DNA of 64,000 nucleotides from a plasmid: NCBI RefSeq assembly GCF_054482595.1, contig NZ_JBTHVH010000004.1. One strand, 5' to 3'. Below the pieces are notes generated by a model, which did no database searches, was not told the DNA's origin, and worked only from the letters and a program-made list of their open reading frames with translations. Position numbers and translations under genes: made by a program. Each line of letters opens with the position of its first letter. Within the stretch, counting starts at the first letter, position 1. Positions 1-8,657 of the stretch are shown one piece after another.

Positions 1-2
1 GC

Positions 3-1121
3 ACAGGAGCACCCTGCGCTGACCGGATCGGGCTAATGAACGTTATCTTGGCGGAAGGGATCAACCTCGGCTTGCGCAAAATGGCGGATGCGACAAACAC
101 CCACACCTTCTGGGAATTGATCCGCATTGGACGGTGGCATGTCGAGGGCGAAGCCTATGACCGGGCGCTGGCCATGGTGGTCGAGGCACAGGCAGCGTTA
201 CCCATGGCCCGGTTCTGGGGCATGGGCACGTCGGCTTCGAGCGACGGACAGTTCTTCGTCGCTACAGAGCAAGGTGAGGCCATGAACCTGGTCAACGCGA
301 AATATGGCAATACCCCGGGCCTGAAAGCCTATAGCCACGTCTCCGACCAATATGCGCCGTTCGCAACCCAGGTGATTCCTGCAACGGCAAGCGAAGCGCC
401 TTACATCCTCGATGGCCTGCTGATGAACGATGCTGGACGCCATATCCGCGAGCAGTTCACCGACACGGGCGGCTTCACCGATCACGTCTTTGCCGCATGT
501 GCCATTCTCGGCTACCGGTTCGCTCCGCGCATCCGCGACCTGCCATCCAAACGGCTCTACGCGTTCAATCCGTCGGCCGCCCCGGCGCACCTGCGAGCGT
601 TGATCGGCGGAAAGGTCAACCAAGCCATGATCGAGCGCAATTGGCCCGACATCCTGCGCATCGCCGCCACCATTGCTGCCGGGACCGTCGCGCCAAGCCA
701 GATTCTGCGGAAACTCGCCTCCTATCCGCGGCAGAACGAGCTCGCGACAGCCCTGCGGGAAGTCGGTCGCGTCGAGCGCACCCTGTTCATGATCGACTGG
801 ATTCTGGATGCCGAACTCCAACGGCGTGCCCAGATCGGGCTCAACAAAGGCGAAGCTCATCATGCGCTGAAGCGGGCAATCAGCTTCCACCGCCGCGGTG
901 AAATCCGCGACCGTTCCGCCGAAGGCCAGCATTACCGCATCGCCGGCATGAATCTGCTCGCCGCCATCATCATCTTCTGGAACACCATGAAGCTCGGCGA
1001 GGTCGTTGCAAACCAGAAACGCGATGGAAAGCTGCTATCGCCCGATCTCTTGGCCCATGTTTCGCCGCTCGGATGGGAACACATCAATCTCACCGGAGAA
1101 TATCGCTGGCCAAAGCCTTAG
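3..1121 (+). CDS. tnpA: Tn3-family transposase, C-terminal ~370 aa (Tn5393-like); 5' part lies left of the window
   Basis: ORF 36..1121 stays open back to base 3. It aligns with the C-terminal parts of the two full Tn3-family TnpA proteins in this window ([38 protein letters not shown]). Its stop lies inside a 38-bp terminal IR. Confidence 0.85.
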   Translation, partial: TGAPCADRIGLMNVILAEGINLGLRKMADATNTHTFWELIRIGRWHVEGEAYDRALAMVVEAQAALPMARFWGMGTSASSDGQFFVATEQGEAMNLVNAKYGNTPGLKAYSHVSDQYAPFATQVIPATASEAPYILDGLLMNDAGRHIREQFTDTGGFTDHVFAACAILGYRFAPRIRDLPSKRLYAFNPSAAPAHLRALIGGKVNQAMIERNWPDILRIAATIAAGTVAPSQILRKLASYPRQNELATALREVGRVERTLFMIDWILDAELQRRAQIGLNKGEAHHALKRAISFHRRGEIRDRSAEGQHYRIAGMNLLAAIIIFWNTMKLGEVVANQKRDGKLLSPDLLAHVSPLGWEHINLTGEYRWPKP

Positions 1122-1154
1122 CGTAGGATTCCGCCCCCTCCCGCAAACGACCCC
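1117..1154. repeat. 38-bp terminal IR of the Tn5393-like element, outer end at 1154
   Basis: Reverse complement reads GGGGTCGTTTGCGGGAGGGGGCGGAATCCTACGCTAAG. It differs at 2 positions from the IR at 3265..3302, and similarity continues about 40 bp further inward. Confidence 0.85.
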
Positions 1155-2066
1155 GTGATGACCCTGCAGGCATCCCCTGAGACCCGGTTAATGCGCGCCG
1201 AGGTGCAGCGGCATTATCCGCACATCTGGCAGGAGCTGGAGGGGCTGGCGCAGGGACTGGAGGCCACTGTTGATCAGGTCTTTGCCTGGAACTGCCGTGG
1301 CGATCTGGTGCGCTCAACGTCGGATGGCTGTACGACGGTGGCCGGGGTAAACGCCGCAGGCGAGCGGATTATCGCGCATAATGAAGACGGTTTTCCTCAG
1401 TTACGGGATGAATGCTTGCTGGCTACCATTACTCCGAGTCGCGGTCTGAGCTTTACGAGTTTTGCCTATCCGGGGTCGATTTGCGGCCACACCTTTGCGG
1501 TAAATGAAAAAGGTATCGTTAACACGGTGAATAACATCCGTGCAGTGTATCGTCCGCAGGGATTACCGCGTCAGATCCTGGCTCGCGCCTCGCTGAATGC
1601 GAACACCCTCGACGAGGCCATCACTATACTTACCGGCCAGCCGCGATCCGGGGCGTTTCACCATACGCTCGGGCAGCTGGGCGATGCGCGGCTGTTCAGC
1701 GTTGAGGCCACCGGTCAAGGCTGTTCCGTTCTACCCCTGACGACGGTAACCGGGCATGCCAACCATCTGGTGCATGCGGCACTGGCTGGCGTTGAGCAGA
1801 TCGTTACCGACAGTTCAGCGTCGCGGCAGTTACGCCTCGTGCAGTGGCGGGAAACGCAACCTCCGTTTGACGCCGCGGCGGCAAAAACCATTCTCTCAGA
1901 TACCCATGACGCAGAACTGCCAATTTACCGGCTGGCTGCCGACGATCCGGATGAGGAGAACACCCTCGCCACGGCAGTTTTCACCCTCGATGCCAACCAC
2001 GTCAGGTGGCAAATTTTCGACATTAACCGCGACGATGCTAAATTTCATGGAGAAGTGCGTGGGTGA
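1155..2066 (+). CDS. Peptidase C45 / acyl-CoA:6-aminopenicillanic-acid acyltransferase-like protein, probably 5'-truncated
   Basis: 303-aa ORF whose pattern (…IIAHNEDG…) resembles C45-family proteins as I recall them. The GTG start abuts the IR outer end, so the native 5' end was probably lost to the transposon insertion. Confidence 0.4.
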   Translation: MMTLQASPETRLMRAEVQRHYPHIWQELEGLAQGLEATVDQVFAWNCRGDLVRSTSDGCTTVAGVNAAGERIIAHNEDGFPQLRDECLLATITPSRGLSFTSFAYPGSICGHTFAVNEKGIVNTVNNIRAVYRPQGLPRQILARASLNANTLDEAITILTGQPRSGAFHHTLGQLGDARLFSVEATGQGCSVLPLTTVTGHANHLVHAALAGVEQIVTDSSASRQLRLVQWRETQPPFDAAAAKTILSDTHDAELPIYRLAADDPDEENTLATAVFTLDANHVRWQIFDINRDDAKFHGEVRG

Positions 2067-2219
2067 AATAGCCGGTCGTCAGTCATAAAGGGCAGGGGAG
2101 TACCGTTGGCCCGGCGTTCGATAGTACCGTCCGGATACTGCCAGATATCGGCGTCCAGGGAGATGTCCTGAAGCGCGGTGTCCGGAATTTCAGGTTTGTG
2201 TCTCTACAAAGACTAACTA

Positions 2220-3035
2220 TCAGAAAAACTCATCGAGCATCAAATGAAACTGCAATTTATTCATATCAGGATTATCAATACCATATTTTTGAAAAAGCCG
2301 TTTCTGTAATGAAGGAGAAAATTCACCGAGGCAGTTCCATAGGATGGCAAGATCCTGGTATCGGTCTGCGATTCCGACTCGTCCAACATCAATACAACCT
2401 ATTAATTTCCCCTCGTCAAAAATAAGGTTATCAAGTGAGAAATCACCATGAGTGACGACTGAATCCGGTGAGAATGGCAAAAGCTTATGCATTTCTTTCC
2501 AGACTTGTTCAACAGGCCAGCCATTACGCTCGTCATCAAAATCACTCGCATCAACCAAACCGTTATTCATTCGTGATTGCGCCTGAGCGAGACGAAATAC
2601 GCGATCGCTGTTAAAAGGACAATTACTAACAGGAATCGAATGCAACCGGCGCAGGAACGCTGCCAGCGCATCAACAATATTTTCACCTGAATCAGGATAT
2701 TCTTCTAATACCTGGAATGCTGTTTTCCCGGGGAGCGCAGTGGTGAGTAACCATGCATCATCAGGAGTACGGATAAAATGCTTGATGGTCGGAAGAGGCA
2801 TAAATGCCGTCAGCCAGTTTAGTCTGACCATCTCATCTGTAACATCATTGGCAACGCTACCTTTGCCATGTTTCAGAAACAACTCTGGCGCATCGGGCTT
2901 CCCATACAATCGATAGATTGTCGCACCTGATTGCCCGACATTATCGCGAGCCCATTTATACCCATATAAATCAGCATCCAGGTTGGAATTTAATCGCGGC
3001 CTCGAGCAAGACGTTTCCCGTTGAATATGGCTCAT
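2220..3035 (-). CDS. aph(3')-Ia: Aminoglycoside 3'-phosphotransferase APH(3')-Ia (Tn903 type, a few substitutions)
   Basis: 271-aa ORF MSHIQRETSCSRPRLNSN…HLMLDEFF matches the Tn903 kanamycin kinase end to end. The Tn903 promoter region and the IS903 end lie directly upstream. Confidence 0.95.
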   Translation of the reverse strand: MSHIQRETSCSRPRLNSNLDADLYGYKWARDNVGQSGATIYRLYGKPDAPELFLKHGKGSVANDVTDEMVRLNWLTAFMPLPTIKHFIRTPDDAWLLTTALPGKTAFQVLEEYPDSGENIVDALAAFLRRLHSIPVSNCPFNSDRVFRLAQAQSRMNNGLVDASDFDDERNGWPVEQVWKEMHKLLPFSPDSVVTHGDFSLDNLIFDEGKLIGCIDVGRVGIADRYQDLAILWNCLGEFSPSLQKRLFQKYGIDNPDMNKLQFHLMLDEFF

Positions 3036-3139
3036 AACACCCCTTGTATTACTGTTTATGTAAGCAGACAGTTTTATTGTTCATGATGATATATTTTTAT
3101 CTTGTGCAATGTAACATCAGAGATTTTGAGACACAACGT

Positions 3140-3264
3140 GGATTTGTTGAATAAATCGAACTTTTGCTGAGTTGAAGGATCAGATCACGCATCTTCCCGA
3201 CAACGCAGACCGTTCCGTGGCAAAGCAAAAGTTCAAAATCACCAACTGGCCCACCTACAATAAA
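3140..3264 (+). mobile_element. IS903 remnant (terminal IR plus first ~125 bp)
   Basis: ggatttgttgaataaatcgaacttttgctgag… matches the IS903 end. It encodes MKDQITHLPDNADRSVAKQKFKITNW, the transposase N-terminus, and is cut at 3265 by the Tn5393 IR. Confidence 0.8.
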
Positions 3265-3302
3265 GGGGTCGTTTGCGGGAGAGGGCGAAATCCTACGCTA
3301 AG
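3265..3302. repeat. 38-bp terminal IR of Tn5393 (strB end), outer end at 3265
   Basis: GGGGTCGTTTGCGGGAGAGGGCGAAATCCTACGCTAAG, followed by strB in the arrangement known for Tn5393. Confidence 0.85.
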
Positions 3303-3370
3303 GCTTTGGCCAACGATATTCTCCGGTAAGATTGATGTGTTCCCAGGGGATAGGAGAAGTCGCTTGATAT

Positions 3371-4207
3371 CTAGTATGACGTCTGTCGCACCTGCTTGAT
3401 CGCGGCCGCGATAGCTAGATCGCGTTGCTCCTCTTCTCCATCCGCGTTCCAAGCTGCGGAAAGGCACCCATAAGCGTACGCCTGGTCGAGCAGGCGACGC
3501 GGATCGACGTCCAGCGCACGAGAGAATGCGTCCGCCATCTGTGCAATGCGTCTAGGATCGAGACAAAGGTCGTCTCTGTCAGCCGGATCGTAGAACATAT
3601 TGGCGGCGCCAAAGCCCACTTCACCGACCAGACCGACGGGATCTATCACCAGCCAGCCGCGACTGGAGAACATGATGTTTTCATGATGCAGATCGCCATG
3701 TAGCCCACGCAGTTCCGAGGCATTGCTCATCATTTGATCGGCTATAATCGCCGCGTGGACGTAGTCAGTTTGACAACCTGCGTTTTGATCATCGCGCGCC
3801 CGCTGAAACAAAGCTGCAAAGCGATCCCGGATCGGGAGAAGGGCAGAAGGCAGGGGTTCCTCAGATGCGGCATACAGCTTCGCCATTAGTTCCGCTGCAA
3901 TTTCGGTCGCCTGGTAGTCGCCGTGCTCGGCAACGATGTGAGAGAGCATTCGCTCCCCGGCATATTCGAGCAACATCAGATTGTTCTCACGACCGAGCAA
4001 CCGGACTGCTCCCCTCCCATTGCGCCATACCAGATAGTCGGCCCCGCGCAGTTCATCAGCAATGTCTTCTATAGGTTTCAATTCCTTGACGATTGCAGGA
4101 GTCCCGTCTGGCAATGAAACTTTCCAAACGAGGCTGGAAAAGGTGTCCGCAATGAGAACAGGTTGCGAAACGTGCCAATGAGCAGGAAAAACAGGCGGCA
4201 TGAACAT
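3371..4207 (-). CDS. strB: Aminoglycoside 6-phosphotransferase APH(6)-Id
   Basis: The ORF contains the full StrB sequence from MFMPPVFPAHWHVSQPVLIADTF… to …IKQVRQTSY. The start is taken at the MFMPP methionine. Confidence 0.95.
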   Translation of the reverse strand: MFMPPVFPAHWHVSQPVLIADTFSSLVWKVSLPDGTPAIVKELKPIEDIADELRGADYLVWRNGRGAVRLLGRENNLMLLEYAGERMLSHIVAEHGDYQATEIAAELMAKLYAASEEPLPSALLPIRDRFAALFQRARDDQNAGCQTDYVHAAIIADQMMSNASELRGLHGDLHHENIMFSSRGWLVIDPVGLVGEVGFGAANMFYDPADRDDLCLDPRRIAQMADAFSRALDVDPRRLLDQAYAYGCLSAAWNADGEEEQRDLAIAAAIKQVRQTSY

Positions 4208-5010
4208 CAACCCCAAGTCAGAGGGTCCAATCGCAGATAGAAGGCAAGGCGTTCGCGGTCGGGGGCTTCGATCCCCAATACATTGAATAGGACAGCGAAG
4301 GCGCGCTCTGCTTCATCTGGCGCTGCCCAGTTCTCTTCGGCGTTAGCAATCATGAGTGCCAAATCGGCATAGCGATCTGCTGTTCCGAGCCGCCCAAGGT
4401 CGATCAGACCCGTGCATTGAAGAGTTTTAGGGTCCACCATGAAGTTCGGCATGCAGGGATCACCATGGCAAACAACCATATCGGTGCGCTCTTGGTCGAG
4501 CCGCACCGGTAGCTCTCGTTCGACACGAGCCAAAAGATCGAGCTGCGGCGTACTCTTGTCCTCGTCCGGTAAGAAGTCGGGATTGACGGCATTGCGGGAC
4601 ACCACATCAACGGCGCGTCCGAACATTCGCGACAGCCTGCGCTCAAACGGACATTGATCAACCGATAGGCTGTGAACAGCGCCAAGTTGCTGCCCCATTG
4701 ACGGCCACGCTTTGAGCAAATCCGCTCCAGACAGATCAGCCGCCGGTACTCCCGGAATTGCCGTTATCACCAAGCATGCACCCTCCTGTTCCTCCTGCCA
4801 GTTGATCACCTCGGGGCAAGCCACACCTCGACCTTTGAGCCAAATGAGGCGGTCACGCTCTCCAGCGAGCTCACCGCGGCGGGAAGCAGGTGCGATTTTC
4901 GCGAAGGCATGCCCGTCACCACGTCGAAAAACAAAATCACCAGATTCTCCGCCTCTGACAGGCAACCAGTCAGAATGCGATTCACCAAAAAAAATATTAG
5001 TTCGATTCAA
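4207..5010 (-). CDS. strA: Aminoglycoside 3''-phosphotransferase APH(3'')-Ib
   Basis: Full StrA sequence (L/M)NRTNIFFGESHSDWLPVRGG…YLRLDPLTWG with a TTG start at 5008..5010. The longer ORF to 5196 is an upstream read-through. Confidence 0.93.
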   Translation of the reverse strand: MNRTNIFFGESHSDWLPVRGGESGDFVFRRGDGHAFAKIAPASRRGELAGERDRLIWLKGRGVACPEVINWQEEQEGACLVITAIPGVPAADLSGADLLKAWPSMGQQLGAVHSLSVDQCPFERRLSRMFGRAVDVVSRNAVNPDFLPDEDKSTPQLDLLARVERELPVRLDQERTDMVVCHGDPCMPNFMVDPKTLQCTGLIDLGRLGTADRYADLALMIANAEENWAAPDEAERAFAVLFNVLGIEAPDRERLAFYLRLDPLTWG

Positions 5011-5116
5011 TGGAGGTTCCTTCAGTTTTCTGATGAAGCGCGGAGGTGGCTCAACCTGCGAAAAGAAACGAGTTGCTATGGACTTGCACCGGTTGTGTTC
5101 CGGTCTATCTCTCATT

Positions 5117-5287
5117 TTAAGCGGCTTTTTTCTCAAATGCCACCGGCGATTTCCAGCCGAGTGTTGAATGTCTTCGGCGTGGATTATAAAAGCCATTTAC
5201 CCATATAATGCGCCTACTTATCAGCCTTTGGGACGTTGGGACGGTATTTTTCACTATATACCCCCAAGTTTTTAGACATGAAAAAAG
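5117..5287 (-). pseudogene. IS3-family (IS1133-like) transposase C-terminal remnant upstream of strA
   Basis: My reverse-strand translation gives …RRIIWVNGFYNPRRRHSTLGWKSPVAFEKKAA*, the conserved C-terminus of IS3-family OrfB. Its position immediately upstream of strA matches IS1133 in Tn5393. The rest was removed by IS1 at 5288. Confidence 0.55.
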
Positions 5288-5302
5288 GGTAATGACTCCA
5301 AC

Positions 5303-5806
5303 TTATTGATAGTGTTTTATGTTCAGATAATGCCCGATGACTTTGTCATGCAGCTCCACCGATTTTGAGAACGACAGCGACTTCCGTCCCAGCCGTGCCA
5401 GGTGCTGCCTCAGATTCAGGTTATGCCGCTCAATTCGCTGCGTATATCGCTTGCTGATTACGTGCAGCTTTCCCTTCAGGCGGGATTCATACAGCGGCCA
5501 GCCATCCGTCATCCATATCACCACGTCAAAGGGTGACAGCAGGCTCATAAGACGCCCCAGCGTCGCCATAGTGCGTTCACCGAATACGTGCGCAACAACC
5601 GTCTTCCGGAGCCTGTCATACGCGTAAAACAGCCAGCGCTGGCGCGATTTAGCCCCGACGTATCCCCACTGTTCGTCCATTTCCGCGCAGACGATGACGT
5701 CACTGCCCGGCTGTATGCGCGAGGTTACCGACTGCGGCCTGAGTTTTTTAAGTGACGTAAAATCGTGTTGAGGCCAACGCCCATAATGCGGGCTGTTGCC
5801 CGGCAT
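5303..5806 (-). CDS. insB: IS1 InsB' frame (expressed as InsAB' by -1 frameshift)
   Basis: 167-aa ORF overlapping the insA 3' end, with typical IS1 InsB sequence. Confidence 0.85.
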
Positions 5807-6000
5807 CCAACGCCATTCATGGCCATATCAATGATTTTCTGGTGCGTACCGGGTTGAGAAGCGGTGTAAGTGAACTGCAGTTGCCATGTTTTACGGCAGT
5901 GAGAGCAGAGATAGCGCTGATGTCCGGCGGTGCTTTTGCCGTTACGCACCACCCCGTCAGTAGCTGAACAGGAGGGACAGCTGATAGAAACAGAAGCCAC
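5725..6000 (-). CDS. insA: IS1 InsA
   Basis: 91-aa [45 protein letters not shown]…. Confidence 0.95.
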
Positions 6001-6055
6001 TGGAGCACCTCAAAAACACCATCATACACTAAATCAGTAAGTTGGCAGCATCACC

Positions 6056-6234
6056 CGACGCACTTTGCGCCGAATAAATACCTGTGACGGAAGATCACTT
6101 CGCAGAATAAATAAATCCTGGTGTCCCTGTTGATACCGGGAAGCCCTGGGCCAACTTTTGGCGAAAATGAGACGTTGATCGGCACGTAAGAGGTTCCAAC
6201 TTTCACCATAATGAAATAAGATCACTACCGGGCG
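6056..6234 (+). promoter_or_regulatory. Tn9 catA1 upstream/promoter remnant (catA1 itself absent)
   Basis: cgacgcactttgcgccgaataaatacctgtgacggaagatcacttcgcagaataaataaatcctggtgtccc… is the sequence between IS1 and catA1 in Tn9. It stops at …cactaccgggcg, where an IS10 end begins. Confidence 0.7.
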
Positions 6235-6793
6235 CTGAGAGATCCCCTCATAATTTCCCCAAAGCGTAACCATGTGTGAATAAATTTTGAGCTAGTAGGG
6301 TTGCAGCCACGAGTAAGTCTTCCCTTGTTATTGTGTAGCCAGAATGCCGCAAAACTTCCATGCCTAAGCGAACTGTTGAGAGTACGTTTCGATTTCTGAC
6401 TGTGTTAGCCTGGAAGTGCTTGTCCCAACCTTGTTTCTGAGCATGAACGCCCGCAAGCCAACATGTTAGTTGAAGCATCAGGGCGATTAGCAGCATGATA
6501 TCAAAACGCTCTGAGCTGCTCGTTCGGCTATGGCGTAGGCCTAGTCCGTAGGCAGGACTTTTCAAGTCTCGGAAGGTTTCTTCAATCTGCATTCGCTTCG
6601 AATAGATATTAACAAGTTGTTTGGGTGTTCGAATTTCAACAGGTAAGTTAGTTGCTAGAACCCATGGCTCCTTTGCCGACGCTGAGTAGATTTTAGGTGA
6701 CGGGTGGTGACAATGAGTCCGTGTCGAGCGCTGATTTTTTCGGCCTTTAGAGCGAGATTTATACAATAGAATTTGGCATGAGATTGGATTGCT
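6235..6793 (-). mobile_element. IS10 remnant (inside-end IR plus C-terminal part of the transposase)
   Basis: It starts CTGAGAGATCCCCTCATAATTTCCCCAAAG. ORF 6248..6766 is the IS10 transposase C-terminus (…LLVAATLLAQNLFTHGYALGKL), and the frame stays open up to the IS26 junction. Confidence 0.85.
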
Positions 6794-7613
6794 GGCACTG
6801 TTGCAAAGTTAGCGATGAGGCAGCCTTTTGTCTTATTCAAAGGCCTTACATTTCAAAAACTCTGCTTACCAGGCGCATTTCGCCCAGGGGATCACCATAA
6901 TAAAATGCTGAGGCCTGGCCTTTGCGTAGTGCACGCATCACCTCAATACCTTTGATGGTGGCGTAAGCCGTCTTCATGGATTTAAATCCCAGCGTGGCGC
7001 CGATTATCCGTTTCAGTTTGCCATGATCGCATTCAATCACGTTGTTCCGGTACTTAATCTGTCGGTGTTCAACGTCAGACGGGCACCGGCCTTCGCGTTT
7101 GAGCAGAGCAAGCGCGCGACCATAGGCGGGCGCTTTATCCGTGTTGATGAATCGCGGGATCTGCCACTTCTTCACGTTGTTGAGGATTTTACCCAGAAAC
7201 CGGTATGCAGCTTTGCTGTTACGACGGGAGGAGAGATAAAAATCGACAGTGCGGCCCCGGCTGTCGACGGCCCGGTACAGATACGCCCAGCGGCCATTGA
7301 CCTTCACGTAGGTTTCATCCATGTGCCACGGGCAAAGATCGGAAGGGTTACGCCAGTACCAGCGCAGCCGTTTTTCCATTTCAGGCGCATAACGCTGAAC
7401 CCAGCGGTAAATCGTGGAGTGATCGACATTCACTCCGCGTTCAGCCAGCATCTCCTGCAGCTCACGGTAACTGATGCCGTATTTGCAGTACCAGCGTACG
7501 GCCCACAGAATGATGTCACGCTGAAAATGCCGGCCTTTGAATGGGTTCATGTGCAGCTCCATCAGCAAAAGGGGATGATAAGTTTATCACCACCGACTAT
7601 TTGCAACAGTGCC
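6794..7613 (-). mobile_element. IS26 copy 1 (820 bp)
   Basis: GGCACTGTTGCAAAGTTAGCG… to …CGACTATTTGCAACAGTGCC. The flanks (ggattgct / acttgacc) show no 8-bp duplication. Confidence 0.97.
6846..7550 (-). CDS. tnpA: IS26 transposase Tnp26 (234 aa)
   Basis: [34 protein letters not shown]…RLVSRVFEM. Confidence 0.97.
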   Translation of the reverse strand: MNPFKGRHFQRDIILWAVRWYCKYGISYRELQEMLAERGVNVDHSTIYRWVQRYAPEMEKRLRWYWRNPSDLCPWHMDETYVKVNGRWAYLYRAVDSRGRTVDFYLSSRRNSKAAYRFLGKILNNVKKWQIPRFINTDKAPAYGRALALLKREGRCPSDVEHRQIKYRNNVIECDHGKLKRIIGATLGFKSMKTAYATIKGIEVMRALRKGQASAFYYGDPLGEMRLVSRVFEM

Positions 7614-7664
7614 ACTTGACCTGATAGTTTGGCTGTGAGCAATTATGTGCTTAGTGCATCTAAC
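7614..7664 (-). other. First ~50 bp of the class 1 integron 3'-conserved segment, truncated by IS26
   Basis: acttgacctgatagtttggctgtgagcaattatgtgcttagtgcatctaacg is the reverse complement of the start of the 3'-CS. qacEdelta1 and sul1 are absent. Confidence 0.6.
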
Positions 7665-7702
7665 GTCAAAATCAGCGGCGCGTTTTTATGCGTCCGCTGG
7701 AT

Positions 7703-8524
7703 TTACTTGTTGTGCGGCGTCGCAGACTCATTGAACAACCTTTTTGCCTGCGCAATTACAGTTCTCGGAAGCTCGATATTCAGAGGTTCTGTCACGCTCT
7801 TGAACAATTCGAGACTCCACGTCCACGTTTGATGATAGGCTGCACATAGTGCTCTTGGTTCTGCACTGCTTGTGCATGCCAGATAGCGATTATACGAGTC
7901 CTCCGAGATATCCTTTTCGAGCGCGCGTGAAGGTGTCGGCCAGTGGTCTGTTGCCCCTTCGTGGAGTCGAACCAGCTTGAGTAGGTTTTCATGTGCTTTG
8001 CTGAGCAAAGCCCAGGCGCGAGCGTACTCTCCCCGATTTAAAAGATTGGCCCCAAAGAGCATCAGGCTGATGAGGTTCAACACAAGCCCTTCCACCAGCG
8101 GCGCGCCTTCACGTATCGGGGGACCGCCCACGAGAGCGCTTGCGTACCTTGACAACTCTCCTGATCGGTCCAACAAAACAGCCGCCTCAAGCGAGGGAAA
8201 CCACCCATAGCCTTGCCAAGTGGAAATGACCGGTATGTCCGATTTTCGCATGAAATGGAATTCACCGCGAATGCCGTTTTCAAAAAGTGCGGTGTGGTGG
8301 CCGAAGTCGTCCGGAAAGTAAGCAGCAACCGGACTTACGGCATTAAGCCACGAGCGCTGATCGAAATTTTCAAAATGGTCATCCTGGATGAACACTGCGA
8401 ATTCGATATCAGAGAACTCGTCACCCTCTCCGATAGCAAATGAGCCGAACATCAATGCCGCGATTATTCGTGCATCCTCATGACAACCTTCCTTGAAGAG
8501 TTCGATCATTTTCAGTTGAAGCAT
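7703..8524 (-). CDS. lnu(F): Lincosamide nucleotidyltransferase Lnu(F) gene cassette
   Basis: 273-aa ORF MLQLKMIELFKEGCHEDARIIAALMFGSFAIGEGDEFSDIEF… sits in a cassette downstream of aadA2. Confidence 0.9.
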   Translation of the reverse strand: MLQLKMIELFKEGCHEDARIIAALMFGSFAIGEGDEFSDIEFAVFIQDDHFENFDQRSWLNAVSPVAAYFPDDFGHHTALFENGIRGEFHFMRKSDIPVISTWQGYGWFPSLEAAVLLDRSGELSRYASALVGGPPIREGAPLVEGLVLNLISLMLFGANLLNRGEYARAWALLSKAHENLLKLVRLHEGATDHWPTPSRALEKDISEDSYNRYLACTSSAEPRALCAAYHQTWTWSLELFKSVTEPLNIELPRTVIAQAKRLFNESATPHNK

Positions 8525-8596
8525 AGAAATATCCTTTTATTGAAGCCACAGATTATGAGGAAAGGTATACGCAGATTTTTGTTTTTTTTCGTCAGC

Positions 8597-8657
8597 ACAA
8601 CGCCGGAGTTAAGCCGCCGCGCGTAGCGCGGTCGGCTTGAACGAATTGTTAGACATT
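8597..8657 (-). repeat. attC of the aadA2 cassette (approximate)
   Basis: gtctaacaattcgttcaagccgaccgcgctacgcgcggcggcttaactccggcgtt on the minus strand is an imperfect palindrome typical of aadA attC sites. Confidence 0.5.

Larger units (their letters stand above)
5288..6055 (-). mobile_element. IS1, complete (768 bp)
   Basis: The termini are GGTAATGACTCCAACTTATTG… and …GTTGGCAGCATCACC. It contains insA and insB' with the A6C slippery site. Confidence 0.95.

Noticed and set aside
3051-3066. A second CTG-N10-CAG match (tACTGTTTATGTAAGCAGac) just upstream of aph(3')-Ia.
   Set aside because: It fits the core pattern only, and the right half-site is poor (AAGCAG versus ATACAG). It lies in the standard Tn903 promoter region, which is not known to be SOS-controlled, so I treat it as a chance match. 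The 31157 site is much closer to consensus.
4207-5196. A 329-aa ORF extending strA upstream by 62 codons.
   Set aside because: StrA begins at the TTG giving (M)NRTNIFFGESH. The upstream part overlaps the IS3-family remnant, which is read in another frame.
7023-7619. Long ORFs (198-349 aa, [18 protein letters not shown]…) antisense to every IS26 transposase gene. They include the 349-aa ORF at 45015..46064 and the ORFs at 9636..10307, 13022..13624, 16872..17579, 38380..38994 and 62770..63453.
   Set aside because: They are the well-known spurious antisense frame of IS26 tnpA. Their differing lengths only reflect read-through into whatever flanks each copy. The 349-aa case continues into the antisense of the IS2-like remnant.
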